A stretch of 64,000 bases of DNA from Clostridia bacterium (GCA_017527065.1 JAFXQO010000073.1:1693-65692), one strand, 5' to 3'; shown: positions 53,740-63,668, counted from the first letter of the stretch. Translations and numbers: made by a program. Notes: a model not told the origin generated them from the sequence alone.

Positions 53740-54903
53740 TTACGCTTTGCAGGCCTCTTTGATGATCTCCGCGGCCTTGACGATGAGCTCGTCGGGGATA
53801 TTGAGGGCGGGAAGGAGGCGGAGCTTGTCCTTGGCGGTGAGGCAGAGGACGCCGTTTTCCATGCAGGCCGACAGCACCGAGCCGGCGGGCCTGGCGGTCT
53901 TCAGGCCGATCATGAGGCCGAGGCCGGAAATCGCCTCGATGCCGGGCGCGCCCCGCAGGAGATCGCGGATCAACTCGCCCTTCCGCGTGACCTCCGCCAG
54001 GAAATCGTCCGTCAGGCGGCCGACGACGGACAGCGCGGCGGCCGCGGCCACCGGGTTGCCGCCGAAGGTGGACCCGTGGTCGCCGTAGGAGAAGACGTCC
54101 TTCAGCTTCTCGCTCAGCAGGGTCGCGCCCATGGGCAGCCCGCCGGCCAGTCCCTTGGCGGTCGACACCACGTCGGGCTCGAGGCCGTAATTCATGTAGG
54201 CGTACATTTTTCCGCTGCGGCCGTTGCCGGTCTGGACTTCGTCCACCATCAGCAGGATATCCTGCTCCTTCAGATAAGCGGCCAGCTCCCCGGTAAAGGA
54301 CGGGTCCAGCGCCACGACGCCGCCCTCGCCCTGCACGCATTCGATGAGCACCGCGGCCACCGTGCCGCCGGCGCAGAGTTCCTTCAGTTTCGCCATGTCG
54401 CCGGCGGGGAAGGAAGCGAATCCGGGGGTCAGCGGCTGGAACAGCTCGTGGTAATGCGCCTGTCCGGTGGCGGACAGCGTGGTCAGGGTCCGGCCGTGGA
54501 AGCTGTTTTCCAGCGTGAGGATGGTGGAGCAGGCGGGCCCTTTGCGCTCCGCGGCCCACTTTCGGGCGGCCTTGATGGCGCATTCGTTGGCCTCTGCGCC
54601 GGAGTTGGAGAAGAAGACCTTCGCCATGCCGGTCTTTTCGCACAGCGCCTGGGCCAGGCGGGCGCAGGGCGCGGTGTAATAGAGGTTGGACATGTGCTGG
54701 ACGGCGTGGATCTGCTCTTCGACCGCCGCGATCCAGATATCGTCCGCGACGCCGAAGGAGGTCACCGCGATGCCGGAGCCCATGTCGATATACTGTTTGC
54801 CGTTCACGTCTGTCACCAGGGACCCCTTGCCGCTCACGATTTCCACCGGGAACCGCTTGTAGGTTCCCGCGATATAGGTCCTATCCAGTTCAAAGGTATT
54901 CAT
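53740..54903 (-). CDS. argD: acetylornithine aminotransferase
   Basis: Class III aminotransferase motifs (NSGAEANE, DEVQTG.GR.G, STAKGL lysine region), located in the arg operon. Confidence 0.9.
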   Translation of the reverse strand: MNTFELDRTYIAGTYKRFPVEIVSGKGSLVTDVNGKQYIDMGSGIAVTSFGVADDIWIAAVEEQIHAVQHMSNLYYTAPCARLAQALCEKTGMAKVFFSNSGAEANECAIKAARKWAAERKGPACSTILTLENSFHGRTLTTLSATGQAHYHELFQPLTPGFASFPAGDMAKLKELCAGGTVAAVLIECVQGEGGVVALDPSFTGELAAYLKEQDILLMVDEVQTGNGRSGKMYAYMNYGLEPDVVSTAKGLAGGLPMGATLLSEKLKDVFSYGDHGSTFGGNPVAAAAALSVVGRLTDDFLAEVTRKGELIRDLLRGAPGIEAISGLGLMIGLKTARPAGSVLSACMENGVLCLTAKDKLRLLPALNIPDELIVKAAEIIKEACKA

Positions 54904-54990
54904 GATATCAGCTCGCTCTCAGAATTGTCGGTTCGCATGCCGTGTTCAAATCTTTCCGCCGGCGGCGGTTCGGGGCCGCCCCGCCGCCCC

Positions 54991-55860
54991 TCAGGCTTTG
55001 CCCTTTGAAACCATGGTGCCCGCGCCTTCGTCGGTGAGGAGCTCCATGAGGATGGAGTGGGGGACCCGGCCGTCCATGATGACGACGTTGCGCACGCCGT
55101 GGGAGAGCGCGGCGGCGCAGCACTCCACCTTGGGGATCATGCCGCCGGAGATGACGCCGCTTTCATACAGCGCGGGGAGCTCCTGCAGCGTGATTTCCGG
55201 AATCAGAGTGGAGGGATCGTTCCGGTCCGCCAGCACGCCGGCGATGTCGGTCATCATGATCAGGCGCTCCGCGCCCAGCGCGCCGGCGACATACGCGGCG
55301 GCGGTGTCGCCGTTGATGTTGTAGGCGTTGCCGTTTTTGTCGCAGCCGACGGTGGAGACCACCGGGATATAGCCGCGATCCAGAAGGTCCATCACCGGCT
55401 GGATGTGCACCTTCTCGATTTCTCCCACGAAGCCCAGGCGTTCGTCCTTTACGGTGCACTGGAGCAGGCGTCCGTCCATGCCGGAGAGGCCCACGGCCTT
55501 GCCGCCCTTCATTTCCAGCAGGTTGACCAGGGTCTTGTTGATTTTGCCGGCCAGGACCATCTGGACGATGTCCATGGTTTCCTTGTCCGTGACCCGCAGC
55601 CCGTCCACAAACTCCGGCTTTTTGCCGAGCCGGGCCATCAGGTCGTTGATTTCCGGGCCGCCGCCGTGCACCAGAACGATGCGTATGCCGATAAGCCACA
55701 GCAGGACGATGTCCTCCATCACCTGCTGCTTCAGCTGTTCGTTGATCATGGCGTTTCCGCCGTACTTGACGACGACGACCTTGCCGTTATAGCGGCGGAT
55801 ATAGGGCAGCGCGGCGGTCAGCACCTCCGCGCGCTCCTGATTGGTCAGATCACTGTACAT
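54991..55860 (-). CDS. argB: acetylglutamate kinase
   Basis: VVKYGGNAM and LVHGGGPEI motifs. Confidence 0.95.
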   Translation of the reverse strand: MYSDLTNQERAEVLTAALPYIRRYNGKVVVVKYGGNAMINEQLKQQVMEDIVLLWLIGIRIVLVHGGGPEINDLMARLGKKPEFVDGLRVTDKETMDIVQMVLAGKINKTLVNLLEMKGGKAVGLSGMDGRLLQCTVKDERLGFVGEIEKVHIQPVMDLLDRGYIPVVSTVGCDKNGNAYNINGDTAAAYVAGALGAERLIMMTDIAGVLADRNDPSTLIPEITLQELPALYESGVISGGMIPKVECCAAALSHGVRNVVIMDGRVPHSILMELLTDEGAGTMVSKGKA

Positions 55861-55921
55861 GGCTGTTTTCCCCCTGCTCCGCGGTTGTCGGAAAGCTTTT
55901 GCCGGACGGCGGATCGTGCCG

Positions 55922-57169
55922 TCAGGTCCTGTAATCGCCGTTGATCTTCACATAGTCGTAAGTGAGATCGCAGCCCCAGGCGGCGGCTTCCGCCTCGCCC
56001 ATGTTCATGTCGCAGTCAAAACGGACGTCGTGCTCCGAGAGGATGCGAAGCGCCTTCTCCTCGTCGAAGCGCTGCACGCAGCCGTCCTTATAGAAGCAGA
56101 CATCGCCCGATTTTCCCGACATGGTGATGACCAGCTTTGCCGGATCAAAGTCGGGGCCGGCGTAGCCCAGCGCGCACAGCACCCGGCCGCAGTTGGCGTC
56201 CTTTCCGTAGATCATGGCCTTGACCAGGCTGGAGCCCACCACGGAACGGGCGAGGACGCGGGCGTTTTCCTTCGTGTCCGCGTGGAAGACGTGGGTCTCT
56301 ATCAGGTGGGTCGCGCCTTCGCCGTCGGAGGCCATGCGCCGGGCCAGATCGTGACAGACGGTGAACAGGGCGGCGCAGAACAATTCATAGTTTTCATCTT
56401 CCTCGTCGATCAGCCTGTTGCCCGCCAGGCCGCTGGAAAGCAGGATCAGCGTGTCGTTTGTGCTGGTGTCTCCATCCACGGTGATCATGTTGAAGGTATC
56501 CTTGACCACGGCGGAGAGGGCCTTTTGCAGCAGGGGCGGCGCGATGGCGCAGTCCGTGCTGAGATAGCCGAGCATGGTGCACATATTGGGATGGATCATG
56601 CCGGAGCCCTTGCTCATGCCGCCCAGGCGCACCGTCACCGCGCCTTCCCCGGAGGCCGCGGGCAGCTCGAAGGCCACCGCGGATTCCTTGTTCACCGTGT
56701 CGGTGGTCATGATCGCCCGGCTGGCGGAGGTTCCGGCTTCGGCGGAATCGGAAAGGGTTCCCGCCATCGCCGCGACGCCGGCGGTGATCCGCTCCAGGGG
56801 GACGTTCGGCCCGATGACGCCGGTGGACCCCACCAGCACGGCATCGGCGGGTATCCCCAAAGTATCCGCGGTGAAGGCCGCGGTTTCCCGGCAGAGGCGG
56901 AGGCCCTCTTCGCCGGTGCCCGCGTTGGCGATGCCGGTGTTGACCACGACGGCCCGGACAGGTTTCCCGGATTTGACGATGTCCATGTCCCAAAGTACCG
57001 GCGCGGCCTTCACTTTGTTGGAGGTAAACGTGCCGGCCGCGGCGCAGGGGACCTCCGTGAAGAGCAGGGCCATGTCCAGCCGGTTCTGATACTTTATGCC
57101 CGCCTGGCAGCTGGCGGCCTTAAAGCCCTTTGCGGATGTAAATCCGCCCGTGATGTTACGAATCTTCAT
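55922..57169 (-). CDS. argJ: bifunctional ornithine acetyltransferase / N-acetylglutamate synthase
   Basis: The autoprocessing site ...CTMLGYL (Thr nucleophile), GMIHPNM and 415 aa length. Confidence 0.95.
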   Translation of the reverse strand: MKIRNITGGFTSAKGFKAASCQAGIKYQNRLDMALLFTEVPCAAAGTFTSNKVKAAPVLWDMDIVKSGKPVRAVVVNTGIANAGTGEEGLRLCRETAAFTADTLGIPADAVLVGSTGVIGPNVPLERITAGVAAMAGTLSDSAEAGTSASRAIMTTDTVNKESAVAFELPAASGEGAVTVRLGGMSKGSGMIHPNMCTMLGYLSTDCAIAPPLLQKALSAVVKDTFNMITVDGDTSTNDTLILLSSGLAGNRLIDEEDENYELFCAALFTVCHDLARRMASDGEGATHLIETHVFHADTKENARVLARSVVGSSLVKAMIYGKDANCGRVLCALGYAGPDFDPAKLVITMSGKSGDVCFYKDGCVQRFDEEKALRILSEHDVRFDCDMNMGEAEAAAWGCDLTYDYVKINGDYRT

Positions 57170-57647
57170 TGTCTTCTCCTATGAACATTGTGATATTCGC
57201 TTCGTTCAGCACGAAATCGTAGTAGTTTACGTCAGACCGCTTTGTCCAGCCGATCTGTTTCCAGAAGGCGTTTCCGGCGTCGTTGACCGTGAAGGCGATC
57301 AGGGCGACCTTGTTGATGCCCATGGCCTTGAGCTGGTTCATGCAGAAACCGACCATGCGGGTGCCGATGCCGCGCCGCCTGTATTCTTCGGCGACGCAGA
57401 CATGGTACAGCGCCCCCTGGCGGCCGTCTGAGCCGCAAAGGATGGTTCCGATAATCCGGCTCCCGGCTTTCGCCACCACGCTGGTGGTGGGGTTGCGGAG
57501 GATGAAGCGCTCAATGTCTTCCCTGGAATCGTCCAGGGCGCGGATCCCGAAGCCGCGGATCGTCAGCCAGAGAGCGCGTATATCGTCGTAGTCTTCCGGC
57601 TTCATGGGGACAATGCTGATTTCCGTCGGGTTCTTCTGATCTTCCAT
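57156..57647 (-). CDS. GNAT-family N-acetyltransferase embedded in the arg operon
   Basis: 163 aa from the ATG at 57647. Acetyl-CoA motif VAEEYRRRGIGTRMV. Its 3' end overlaps the argJ start by 14 nt. The track merges it with out-of-frame upstream sequence. Confidence 0.8.
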   Translation of the reverse strand: MEDQKNPTEISIVPMKPEDYDDIRALWLTIRGFGIRALDDSREDIERFILRNPTTSVVAKAGSRIIGTILCGSDGRQGALYHVCVAEEYRRRGIGTRMVGFCMNQLKAMGINKVALIAFTVNDAGNAFWKQIGWTKRSDVNYYDFVLNEANITMFIGEDNEDS

Positions 57648-57652
57648 AGGTC

Positions 57653-58582
57653 CTACATTACCAACCCTTCCGTTTCTTCCATGCCGAGCGCGATGTTCAT
57701 GTTCTGAATCGCCGCGCCGGAGGCGCCCTTGCCCAGATTGTCGAAACGCGAAATCAGCAGGATCCGCTCTTCGTTTCCGAAAACGGAAACCTCCAGGTCG
57801 TCCCGGCCGCTGAACGCGCCGGCGGAGAGGAAGCCGCCCTCCTCCGACGGCTCCGCATACCGGATCAGACCCCCGTGATAATACGCGCGGTAAACGGCGC
57901 GAATTGCATCGGGAGAGGCGGCGGTGTCCTTGGGCGTCAGGGGCACGGTGACTTCCATCCCGGCGTAATACGGCGCGACGATGGGGCAGAAGACGGGCGC
58001 GTGTTCCAGGCCGCACAGCTTTGCCATCTCCGGCAGGTGCTTGTGGGTCTGCCCAAGGCCGTATTGGCGCGGCGCCTGATACAGGGGATCCCTGTCCGGG
58101 GATTCGTACTCGGCGATCATCTTCTTGCCGCCTCCGGAATAACCGGTGAGGGAGAAGCAGGAAAGCCTGGCGTCCGGCCTGACCAGTCCGGCGGCCACGA
58201 GGGGGGCGACCAGGGCGATAAACCCGGTGGCGTGGCATCCGGGATTGGCGATGCGCGTCGCGGCCTTCAGTTTTTCCCGCTGGCCGGTCAGCTCGGGCAG
58301 GCCGTAGACCCAGCCTTCGGCGACCCGATGGGCCGTCGAGGTGTCGATGACGACCGTTTTTGGATTTGTTACGAGGGGGACCGCTTCCACGGCCGCGGCG
58401 TCCGGAAGGCAAAGGAAGGCGACGGCCGCGGCGTTCAGCGCCTCCGCCCGGGCGGAGGGATCCTTGCGCTTCTCCTCCGGCAGGGCGATCAGTTCGATTT
58501 CCTTCCGGCGGGAAAGTCTTTCACGGATCCGCAGGCCGGTCGTCCCCGCGCTTCCGTCAATGAATACCTTAATCATAAGCAT
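57653..58582 (-). CDS. argC: N-acetyl-gamma-glutamyl-phosphate reductase (short, type-2 ArgC)
   Basis: IKVFIDGSAGTTGL N-terminus and the catalytic region ANPGCHATG. Confidence 0.9.
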   Translation of the reverse strand: MLMIKVFIDGSAGTTGLRIRERLSRRKEIELIALPEEKRKDPSARAEALNAAAVAFLCLPDAAAVEAVPLVTNPKTVVIDTSTAHRVAEGWVYGLPELTGQREKLKAATRIANPGCHATGFIALVAPLVAAGLVRPDARLSCFSLTGYSGGGKKMIAEYESPDRDPLYQAPRQYGLGQTHKHLPEMAKLCGLEHAPVFCPIVAPYYAGMEVTVPLTPKDTAASPDAIRAVYRAYYHGGLIRYAEPSEEGGFLSAGAFSGRDDLEVSVFGNEERILLISRFDNLGKGASGAAIQNMNIALGMEETEGLVM

Positions 58583-58647
58583 TACCGGCTTTCCTGACAG
58601 AGGCGGCCCTTATAAAAGCATCTTTATTCACTATATTGGCCCCTTTT

Positions 58648-58693
58648 TACATGATTATGCAGAAAATATACACCAAACAACCCTCCTTGTCAA
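58648..58693 (-). promoter_or_regulatory. arg operon promoter (TTGACA, 17 nt spacer, TATATT) with an adjacent ARG-box-like imperfect palindrome
   Basis: The rc of 58688-58693 is TTGACA and the rc of 58665-58670 is TATATT. The rc of 58648-58661 is TGCATAATCATGTA (10/14 self-complementary), immediately downstream of the -10. Confidence 0.5.
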
Positions 58694-58768
58694 GTGAAAA
58701 ACAGGCGTAGGTTCGTTTAAATCATGGGAACAATCGTGGTTCGATTTGCCGTCTTCGGCCCCGCGCTC

Positions 58769-58797
58769 TTGCAATAACCGGCCGATGCCCTTATAAT
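58769..58797 (+). promoter_or_regulatory. sigma-70 promoter (TTGCAA, 17 nt spacer, TATAAT)
   Basis: TTGCAA at 58769-58774 and TATAAT at 58792-58797. It is divergent from the arg promoter. Confidence 0.6.
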
Positions 58798-58828
58798 AGA
58801 AGCATGACAAACGGGGAGGTGAGCGGCA

Positions 58829-59368
58829 TTGCACGGCCATACGGAAGACGGCCGGCGCGGCGCGGCGCCGCTGGAAATCGAGCGGAAATATCTGATCGCC
58901 TGGCCCGACGTGGCGGCGCTGGAGCGCAATCCCGACTGCGAGCGCGTGGACATCGTTCAGACATACCTGAGAACGGACGATCCGCGGGACACCCTGCGCG
59001 TGCGCCGCTGGGAGAGCGGGGGAAAATGCGTCTACATCAAAACCTACAAGCGCAAGCTCACCGCCCTGACGCGCATCGAACGGGAAGAAGAAATCGCCGA
59101 GGCGGACTACGAGGCCCTGCGCGCCCGGCCGGACCCGGACTGCCGGCCCATCGTCAAGCGGCGCTACCGGGTGAAGGAGAACGGCTTCTGCTACGAGATC
59201 GACGTCTTTCCCGAATGGACAGACCGGGCCATACTGGAAATCGAACTGACCGGCGAGGATCAGCCGGTCCTCCTGCCGGACTGGGTTTCCGTCATCCGCG
59301 AGGTGACGGACGACCCGCGCTACACGAACCGCGCCCTGGCCCGCCGGAACCGGCCCTGGCCGGACTGA
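58829..59368 (+). CDS. CYTH-domain protein (triphosphate tunnel metalloenzyme)
   Basis: TTG start 9 nt after GGAGG. The EIERKYL (ExExK) signature lies at the N-terminus and a later EIE motif is present. Confidence 0.75.
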   Translation: MHGHTEDGRRGAAPLEIERKYLIAWPDVAALERNPDCERVDIVQTYLRTDDPRDTLRVRRWESGGKCVYIKTYKRKLTALTRIEREEEIAEADYEALRARPDPDCRPIVKRRYRVKENGFCYEIDVFPEWTDRAILEIELTGEDQPVLLPDWVSVIREVTDDPRYTNRALARRNRPWPD

Positions 59369-59402
59369 CGCGCCGCGAAGGAAGAAAGAAAGGAGCCTGC
59401 CC

Positions 59403-60254
59403 ATGAACATTCGCCCCATTCCCGAACAGTACCTCGCGCCCTGCGCCGCTCCCGGCCGCGTGGAGCGGGTGGACTACGTCACCACCGACGCCTTCGCCCA
59501 GGAGAAATACGCCCTCGTGTACCTGCCTCACGGCTACGACCCCGCCAGGGCTTACAACGCGCTGTACATCATCCACGGCGGCGGCGGCAGCCAGGAGTCC
59601 TTCTTCTCGAAGGCGTTCCTCTCGCTGCTCGATCACATGATCGCCTCGGGCGAGCTGGAGCCCCTCATCGTCGTCTCGCCCACCTACTACCGCCCCGACG
59701 AGACCGACAAGACCCCCGGCTCCTCCGGCAACGCCGTGGCCGTCTTCGCCCGGGAGCTGAAGGCGGACGTCATCCCCGCCGTGGAGGGCCGCTACCGCAC
59801 CTTCGCAACCTCCACCGACGCGGCGGGCCAGCGCGCCTCCCGCGACCACCGGGCCATCGGCGGCTTCTCCATGGGCAGCGTGACCACCTGGTACGCCTTC
59901 CTGGACGCGCTGGACGCCTTTCGCTGGTTCATGCCGCTGAGCGGCGACTGCTGGCTCTACGGCAGACTGGGCGGCTCCAGCCACGCGGAGGAGACCGCCC
60001 GGGCCCTGGCCGAAGCCGTGGCGAAGCAGGGCTTCACGCCGGAGGACTTCCGAATCCACGCCCTGACGGGCACCAAGGACATCGCCTATCCCAACGAGAC
60101 GGCGCAGATCGACGCCATGCGCGCCTTCCCGGAGGTGTTCCGCTTCGGCGGCAACATCGACTACGACCTGCTGGAGGAGGGCGTGCACACCTACGAGGAC
60201 ATATTCCGCTACATCTACAACGCGCTGCCCGCGTTCTTCAGGGCGGGGAAGTGA
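59403..60254 (+). CDS. alpha/beta-hydrolase esterase (putative esterase / CE1-like)
   Basis: YIIHGGGG oxyanion-type motif and nucleophile elbow GFSMGS. Confidence 0.75.
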   Translation: MNIRPIPEQYLAPCAAPGRVERVDYVTTDAFAQEKYALVYLPHGYDPARAYNALYIIHGGGGSQESFFSKAFLSLLDHMIASGELEPLIVVSPTYYRPDETDKTPGSSGNAVAVFARELKADVIPAVEGRYRTFATSTDAAGQRASRDHRAIGGFSMGSVTTWYAFLDALDAFRWFMPLSGDCWLYGRLGGSSHAEETARALAEAVAKQGFTPEDFRIHALTGTKDIAYPNETAQIDAMRAFPEVFRFGGNIDYDLLEEGVHTYEDIFRYIYNALPAFFRAGK

Positions 60255-60266
60255 GCGCGCGCCGTC

Positions 60267-60295
60267 TTGAAAAGCCGGGCGCGGGGGCGTATACT
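60267..60295 (+). promoter_or_regulatory. sigma-70 promoter (TTGAAA, 17 nt spacer, TATACT)
   Basis: TTGAAA at 60267-60272 and TATACT at 60290-60295. Confidence 0.55.
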
Positions 60296-60324
60296 ATAAC
60301 CATCCTGATGCTGGGGGCCTGAGA

Positions 60325-61191
60325 ATGATCATACGAAACGCCGTGGAAGCGGGCAGGAAAAGCGAAAACGCCTTCGTGGCCGTCGACAGCCTCGGAGACG
60401 AATACGGCTGGTGCCGCGTCGAGCCGCATATGAACGAACAGCAGACGCCCGAGCGCCCGCTCGAAATCAAGATTTCAGCCGGCGGCCGGGACGACGCCCA
60501 GCTCAGCCTCTTGGCCGCCGCCATGGCGCGGGCCATGGTCATCGCCCGCGAGCGGCCGGACGTGCGCGCCCGGGTGTACGCCGAAGTCCCGCCGGGGGAC
60601 GACGCGCTGATGGAGCGGCTCACCGAGCTTGGCTTCGCGGACGACGACGCCCTGCTGCGCATGCGCCGGCGCGTGGTCGGCGGCCCGATTACCGTGCCCC
60701 TGCCGGAGGGCTGCGCGCCCGTGGGCGACCGGCTGGACGATCCCACCGAGCGCCGCTTCTTCCTGGAGCGGCAGGAGAAGCTCTTCCACCGCGACGACGC
60801 CGCCGCCTGGCTGGACGAGCTCCGCGGCCGCCCGGGCTTTCGCCGGCTGCTGCTCACCGCGCGCAGCGGGCTGGCGGGCGAGCTCATCTGCTGGATGGAG
60901 CCGGAGACCCGCGAGGGCGTGGTCGGCCTGGTCTATACCGTGCCGGACTGGAGGCGGCGCGGCGTGGCCTCCTACCTGATGGAGGCCGCGCGGCAGTACT
61001 TCGACCAGTGCCGCCTGCCGGCGGCGTACCTGCCGAAGCTGCGCTTCGCCAAGGACCGCCCGCTGGAGGACAGCCTGCTCGAGGCCGTGGCCGACGTGCG
61101 CTGGCGGCAGGCCCCCGCCGTTCACCTGGCCGCCACCGCCGGCTACCGCCGCGGTGAGACCCTGCTGCGTCTCCCGGGCATCGACCTGTGA
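60325..61191 (+). CDS. GNAT-family acetyltransferase (two-lobed)
   Basis: 288 aa. The C-terminal lobe carries VPDWRRRGVASYLM, a Q/RxxGxG/A-type CoA motif. Confidence 0.65.
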   Translation: MIIRNAVEAGRKSENAFVAVDSLGDEYGWCRVEPHMNEQQTPERPLEIKISAGGRDDAQLSLLAAAMARAMVIARERPDVRARVYAEVPPGDDALMERLTELGFADDDALLRMRRRVVGGPITVPLPEGCAPVGDRLDDPTERRFFLERQEKLFHRDDAAAWLDELRGRPGFRRLLLTARSGLAGELICWMEPETREGVVGLVYTVPDWRRRGVASYLMEAARQYFDQCRLPAAYLPKLRFAKDRPLEDSLLEAVADVRWRQAPAVHLAATAGYRRGETLLRLPGIDL

Positions 61192-61283
61192 GGAAGGACA
61201 CGCCCCCGAAAAGGCTGCGGGCCGTATCATTTGAAAAATGAGAGCGCAAAGCCGCGTTTTTGGAAGAAATGCACTGCCAAATT

Positions 61284-61597
61284 GTAATGAGTCAACGGCA
61301 TATGTCGTGCACACCTCTTCCCCTGCACCCCTTCCCCGCTCATCGCGGGGACGGGGAAAAGTTTGTTGTGGGCTTCGCCCACACGGAGCAGGGCTCCGCC
61401 CTGTACCCGGCTTCGTTAAAGCGCAATGCGTTCGTTTTGACCCCGGGGTCCGGGGCCGGGAGGCCCCAGTGGGTGCAGGGCAAAGCCCTGCTCAGCATGG
61501 GGCGAAGCCCCATATCTATTCTTTCCCCGTCCCCGCGGAGAGCGGGGAAGGGGGCGGGGGGAAGGGGTCTGCTCGGCATACGCCGCTGACTCATTGC
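61284..61597. repeat. 314-bp long imperfect palindrome (MITE-like)
   Basis: The left end GTAATGAGTCAACGGCATATG...CCCCGCTCATCGCGGGGACGGGGAAAAG mirrors the right end CTTTCCCCGTCCCCGCGGAGAGCGGGG...CATACGCCGCTGACTCATTGC. The centre holds a second arm pair (GGGCTTCGCCC...GAGCAGGGC and GCCCTGCTC...GGGGCGAAGCCCC). Confidence 0.8.
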
Positions 61598-61732
61598 GCT
61601 TTGCTGTTCATTCCATCGAGCGATATTTCAAATGAAACGCCTCCGCAAAGGCCATTTTTCTGATGGACAGGACGCCAAACCCGTGATAAAATAAAATCAC
61701 GATAATTTAATCATCAAGGGAGGAAGATCAAC

Positions 61733-63532
61733 ATGGCTGTCAACCGTTATGTCGGAGAATATCCCGTGATCGGCATTCGCCCCACCATCGACGGGCGGCG
61801 CGGCGTGCTCAAGGTGCGCGAGAGCCTGGAGGAGCAGACGATGAACATGGCGAAGTCCGCCGCGAAGCTGTTCACCGATAACCTGCGCTACTCCAACGGC
61901 GAGCCGGTCAAGGTCGTCATCGCCGATACCACCATCGGCCGCGTGGCGGAGGCCGCCGCCTGCGCCGAGAAGTTCCGCCGCGAGGGGGTCGAGATCACCC
62001 TCACCGTGACGCCCTGCTGGTGCTATGGCTCCGAAACCATGGACACCGAGCGCGACACCATCAAGGCCGTCTGGGGCTTCAACGGCACCGAGCGCCCCGG
62101 CGCGGTGTACCTGGCCTCCGTGCTGGCTACCCACGCCCAGAAGGGCCTGCCCGCCTTCGGCATCTACGGCCGCGACGTGCAGGACGCCGACGCCACCGAG
62201 ATCCCCGCCGACGTGACCGAGAAGCTGCTGCGCTTCGGCCGCGCCGCCGTGGCCGTGGCCACCATGCGCCGCAAGAGCTACCTGCAGATCGGCTCCATCA
62301 CCATGGGCATCGGCGGCTCCATCATGGACACGCACTTCATCGAGGACTACCTGGGCATGCGCGTGGAGTCCGTCGACGAGGTGGAGATCATCCGCCGCAT
62401 GACCGAGGGCATCTACGACAAGAAGGAATACCAGAAGCTTAAGAAGTGGGCCGACAAATACGTCGTCGAGGGCTTCGACAAGAACCCCAAGGAGCTTCAA
62501 AAATCCCGCAAGCAGAAGGATGCCGACTGGGAGTTCACCCTCAAGATGTACCTCATCATCAAGGACCTGATGAACGGCAACAAGAACCTGCCCGCGGGCT
62601 GCGAGGAAGAGGCCGTGGGCCACAACGCCATCGCCGCCGGCTTCCAGGGCCAGCGCCAGTGGACCGATTTCTACCCGAACTGCGACTTCCCCGAGGCCAT
62701 GCTGAACACCAGCTTCGACCACAACGGCGCCCGCGAGCCCTACATCCTGGCCACCGAGAACGACATCCTCAACGGATTGGGCATGCTGTTCATGAAGCTG
62801 CTCACCAACCGCGCCCAGATGTTCGCCGACGTGCGCACCTACTGGAGCCCCGAGGCCGTGAAGAAGGCCGCCGGCTACGAGCTGGAGGGCGTGGCGAAGG
62901 AGAACGGCGGCTTCATCCACCTGATCAACTCCGGCGCCTGCTGCCTGGACGCCAACGGCAAGGCCGCCTACCGCAACGGCGAGCCCGTGATGAAGCCCTG
63001 GTACGACGTGACCAAGAAGGATCAGGAAGCCATCATGGCCCACACCACCTGGAACTACGCCGACCTGGGCTACTTCCGCGGCGGCGGCTATTCCTCCCGC
63101 TTCGTGACCGACGTGGAGATGCCCGTGACCATGATCCGCCTGAACCTGGTGAAGGGCCTGGGCCCGATGCTGCAGATCGCCGAGGGCTGGACGGTCAGGC
63201 TGCCCGACGAGGTCACCGACATCCTCTGGAAGCGCACCGACTACACCTGGCCCTGCACCTGGTTCGCTCCCCGCTGCGACGGCAAGGAAGGCCCCTTCAA
63301 GGACGCCTACAGCGTGATGAACAACTGGGGCGCGAACCACGGCGCCATCAGCTACGGCCACATCGGCGCGGACCTGATCACCCTGTGCTCCATGCTTCGC
63401 ATCCCCGTGGCCATGCACAACGTGCCGGAAGAGAAGATCTTCCGTCCGTCGGCCTGGAACGCCTTCGGCATGGACAAGGAGGGCGCGGACTATCGCGCCT
63501 GCGCCAACTACGGCCCAGCCTACAAGAAGTAA
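61733..63532 (+). CDS. fucI: L-fucose isomerase
   Basis: 599 aa. [12 protein letters not shown]-terminus, [10 protein letters not shown] segment and length typical of FucI. Confidence 0.9.
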   Translation: MAVNRYVGEYPVIGIRPTIDGRRGVLKVRESLEEQTMNMAKSAAKLFTDNLRYSNGEPVKVVIADTTIGRVAEAAACAEKFRREGVEITLTVTPCWCYGSETMDTERDTIKAVWGFNGTERPGAVYLASVLATHAQKGLPAFGIYGRDVQDADATEIPADVTEKLLRFGRAAVAVATMRRKSYLQIGSITMGIGGSIMDTHFIEDYLGMRVESVDEVEIIRRMTEGIYDKKEYQKLKKWADKYVVEGFDKNPKELQKSRKQKDADWEFTLKMYLIIKDLMNGNKNLPAGCEEEAVGHNAIAAGFQGQRQWTDFYPNCDFPEAMLNTSFDHNGAREPYILATENDILNGLGMLFMKLLTNRAQMFADVRTYWSPEAVKKAAGYELEGVAKENGGFIHLINSGACCLDANGKAAYRNGEPVMKPWYDVTKKDQEAIMAHTTWNYADLGYFRGGGYSSRFVTDVEMPVTMIRLNLVKGLGPMLQIAEGWTVRLPDEVTDILWKRTDYTWPCTWFAPRCDGKEGPFKDAYSVMNNWGANHGAISYGHIGADLITLCSMLRIPVAMHNVPEEKIFRPSAWNAFGMDKEGADYRACANYGPAYKK

Positions 63533-63550
63533 TACCGTTTCCGCACAGGA

Positions 63551-63598
63551 GGGGGCTGTCTCAAAACGCGCGCGTTTTGAGACAGCCCCCATGATTTG
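63551..63598 (+). terminator. terminator after fucI (20-bp perfect palindrome)
   Basis: GGGGGCTGTCTCAAAACGCG / CGCGTTTTGAGACAGCCCCC followed by ATGATTTG. Confidence 0.7.
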
Positions 63599-63668
63599 CG
63601 CCGCGGCAGGGTTTTGAGCCGGGGCGACGAATTCATTACACGGGCCAATCCGACGGACGCTGAAGGGG

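Noticed and set aside
61697-63592. 631-aa ORF antisense to fucI. Similar cases are 38521-40635, 22287-23516, 24280-25956, 25975-27774, 50336-52738, 29259-30686 and 43392-44627.
   Set aside because: Each lies opposite a gene with clear family motifs. The compositions are typical GC-artefact 'shadow' ORFs.
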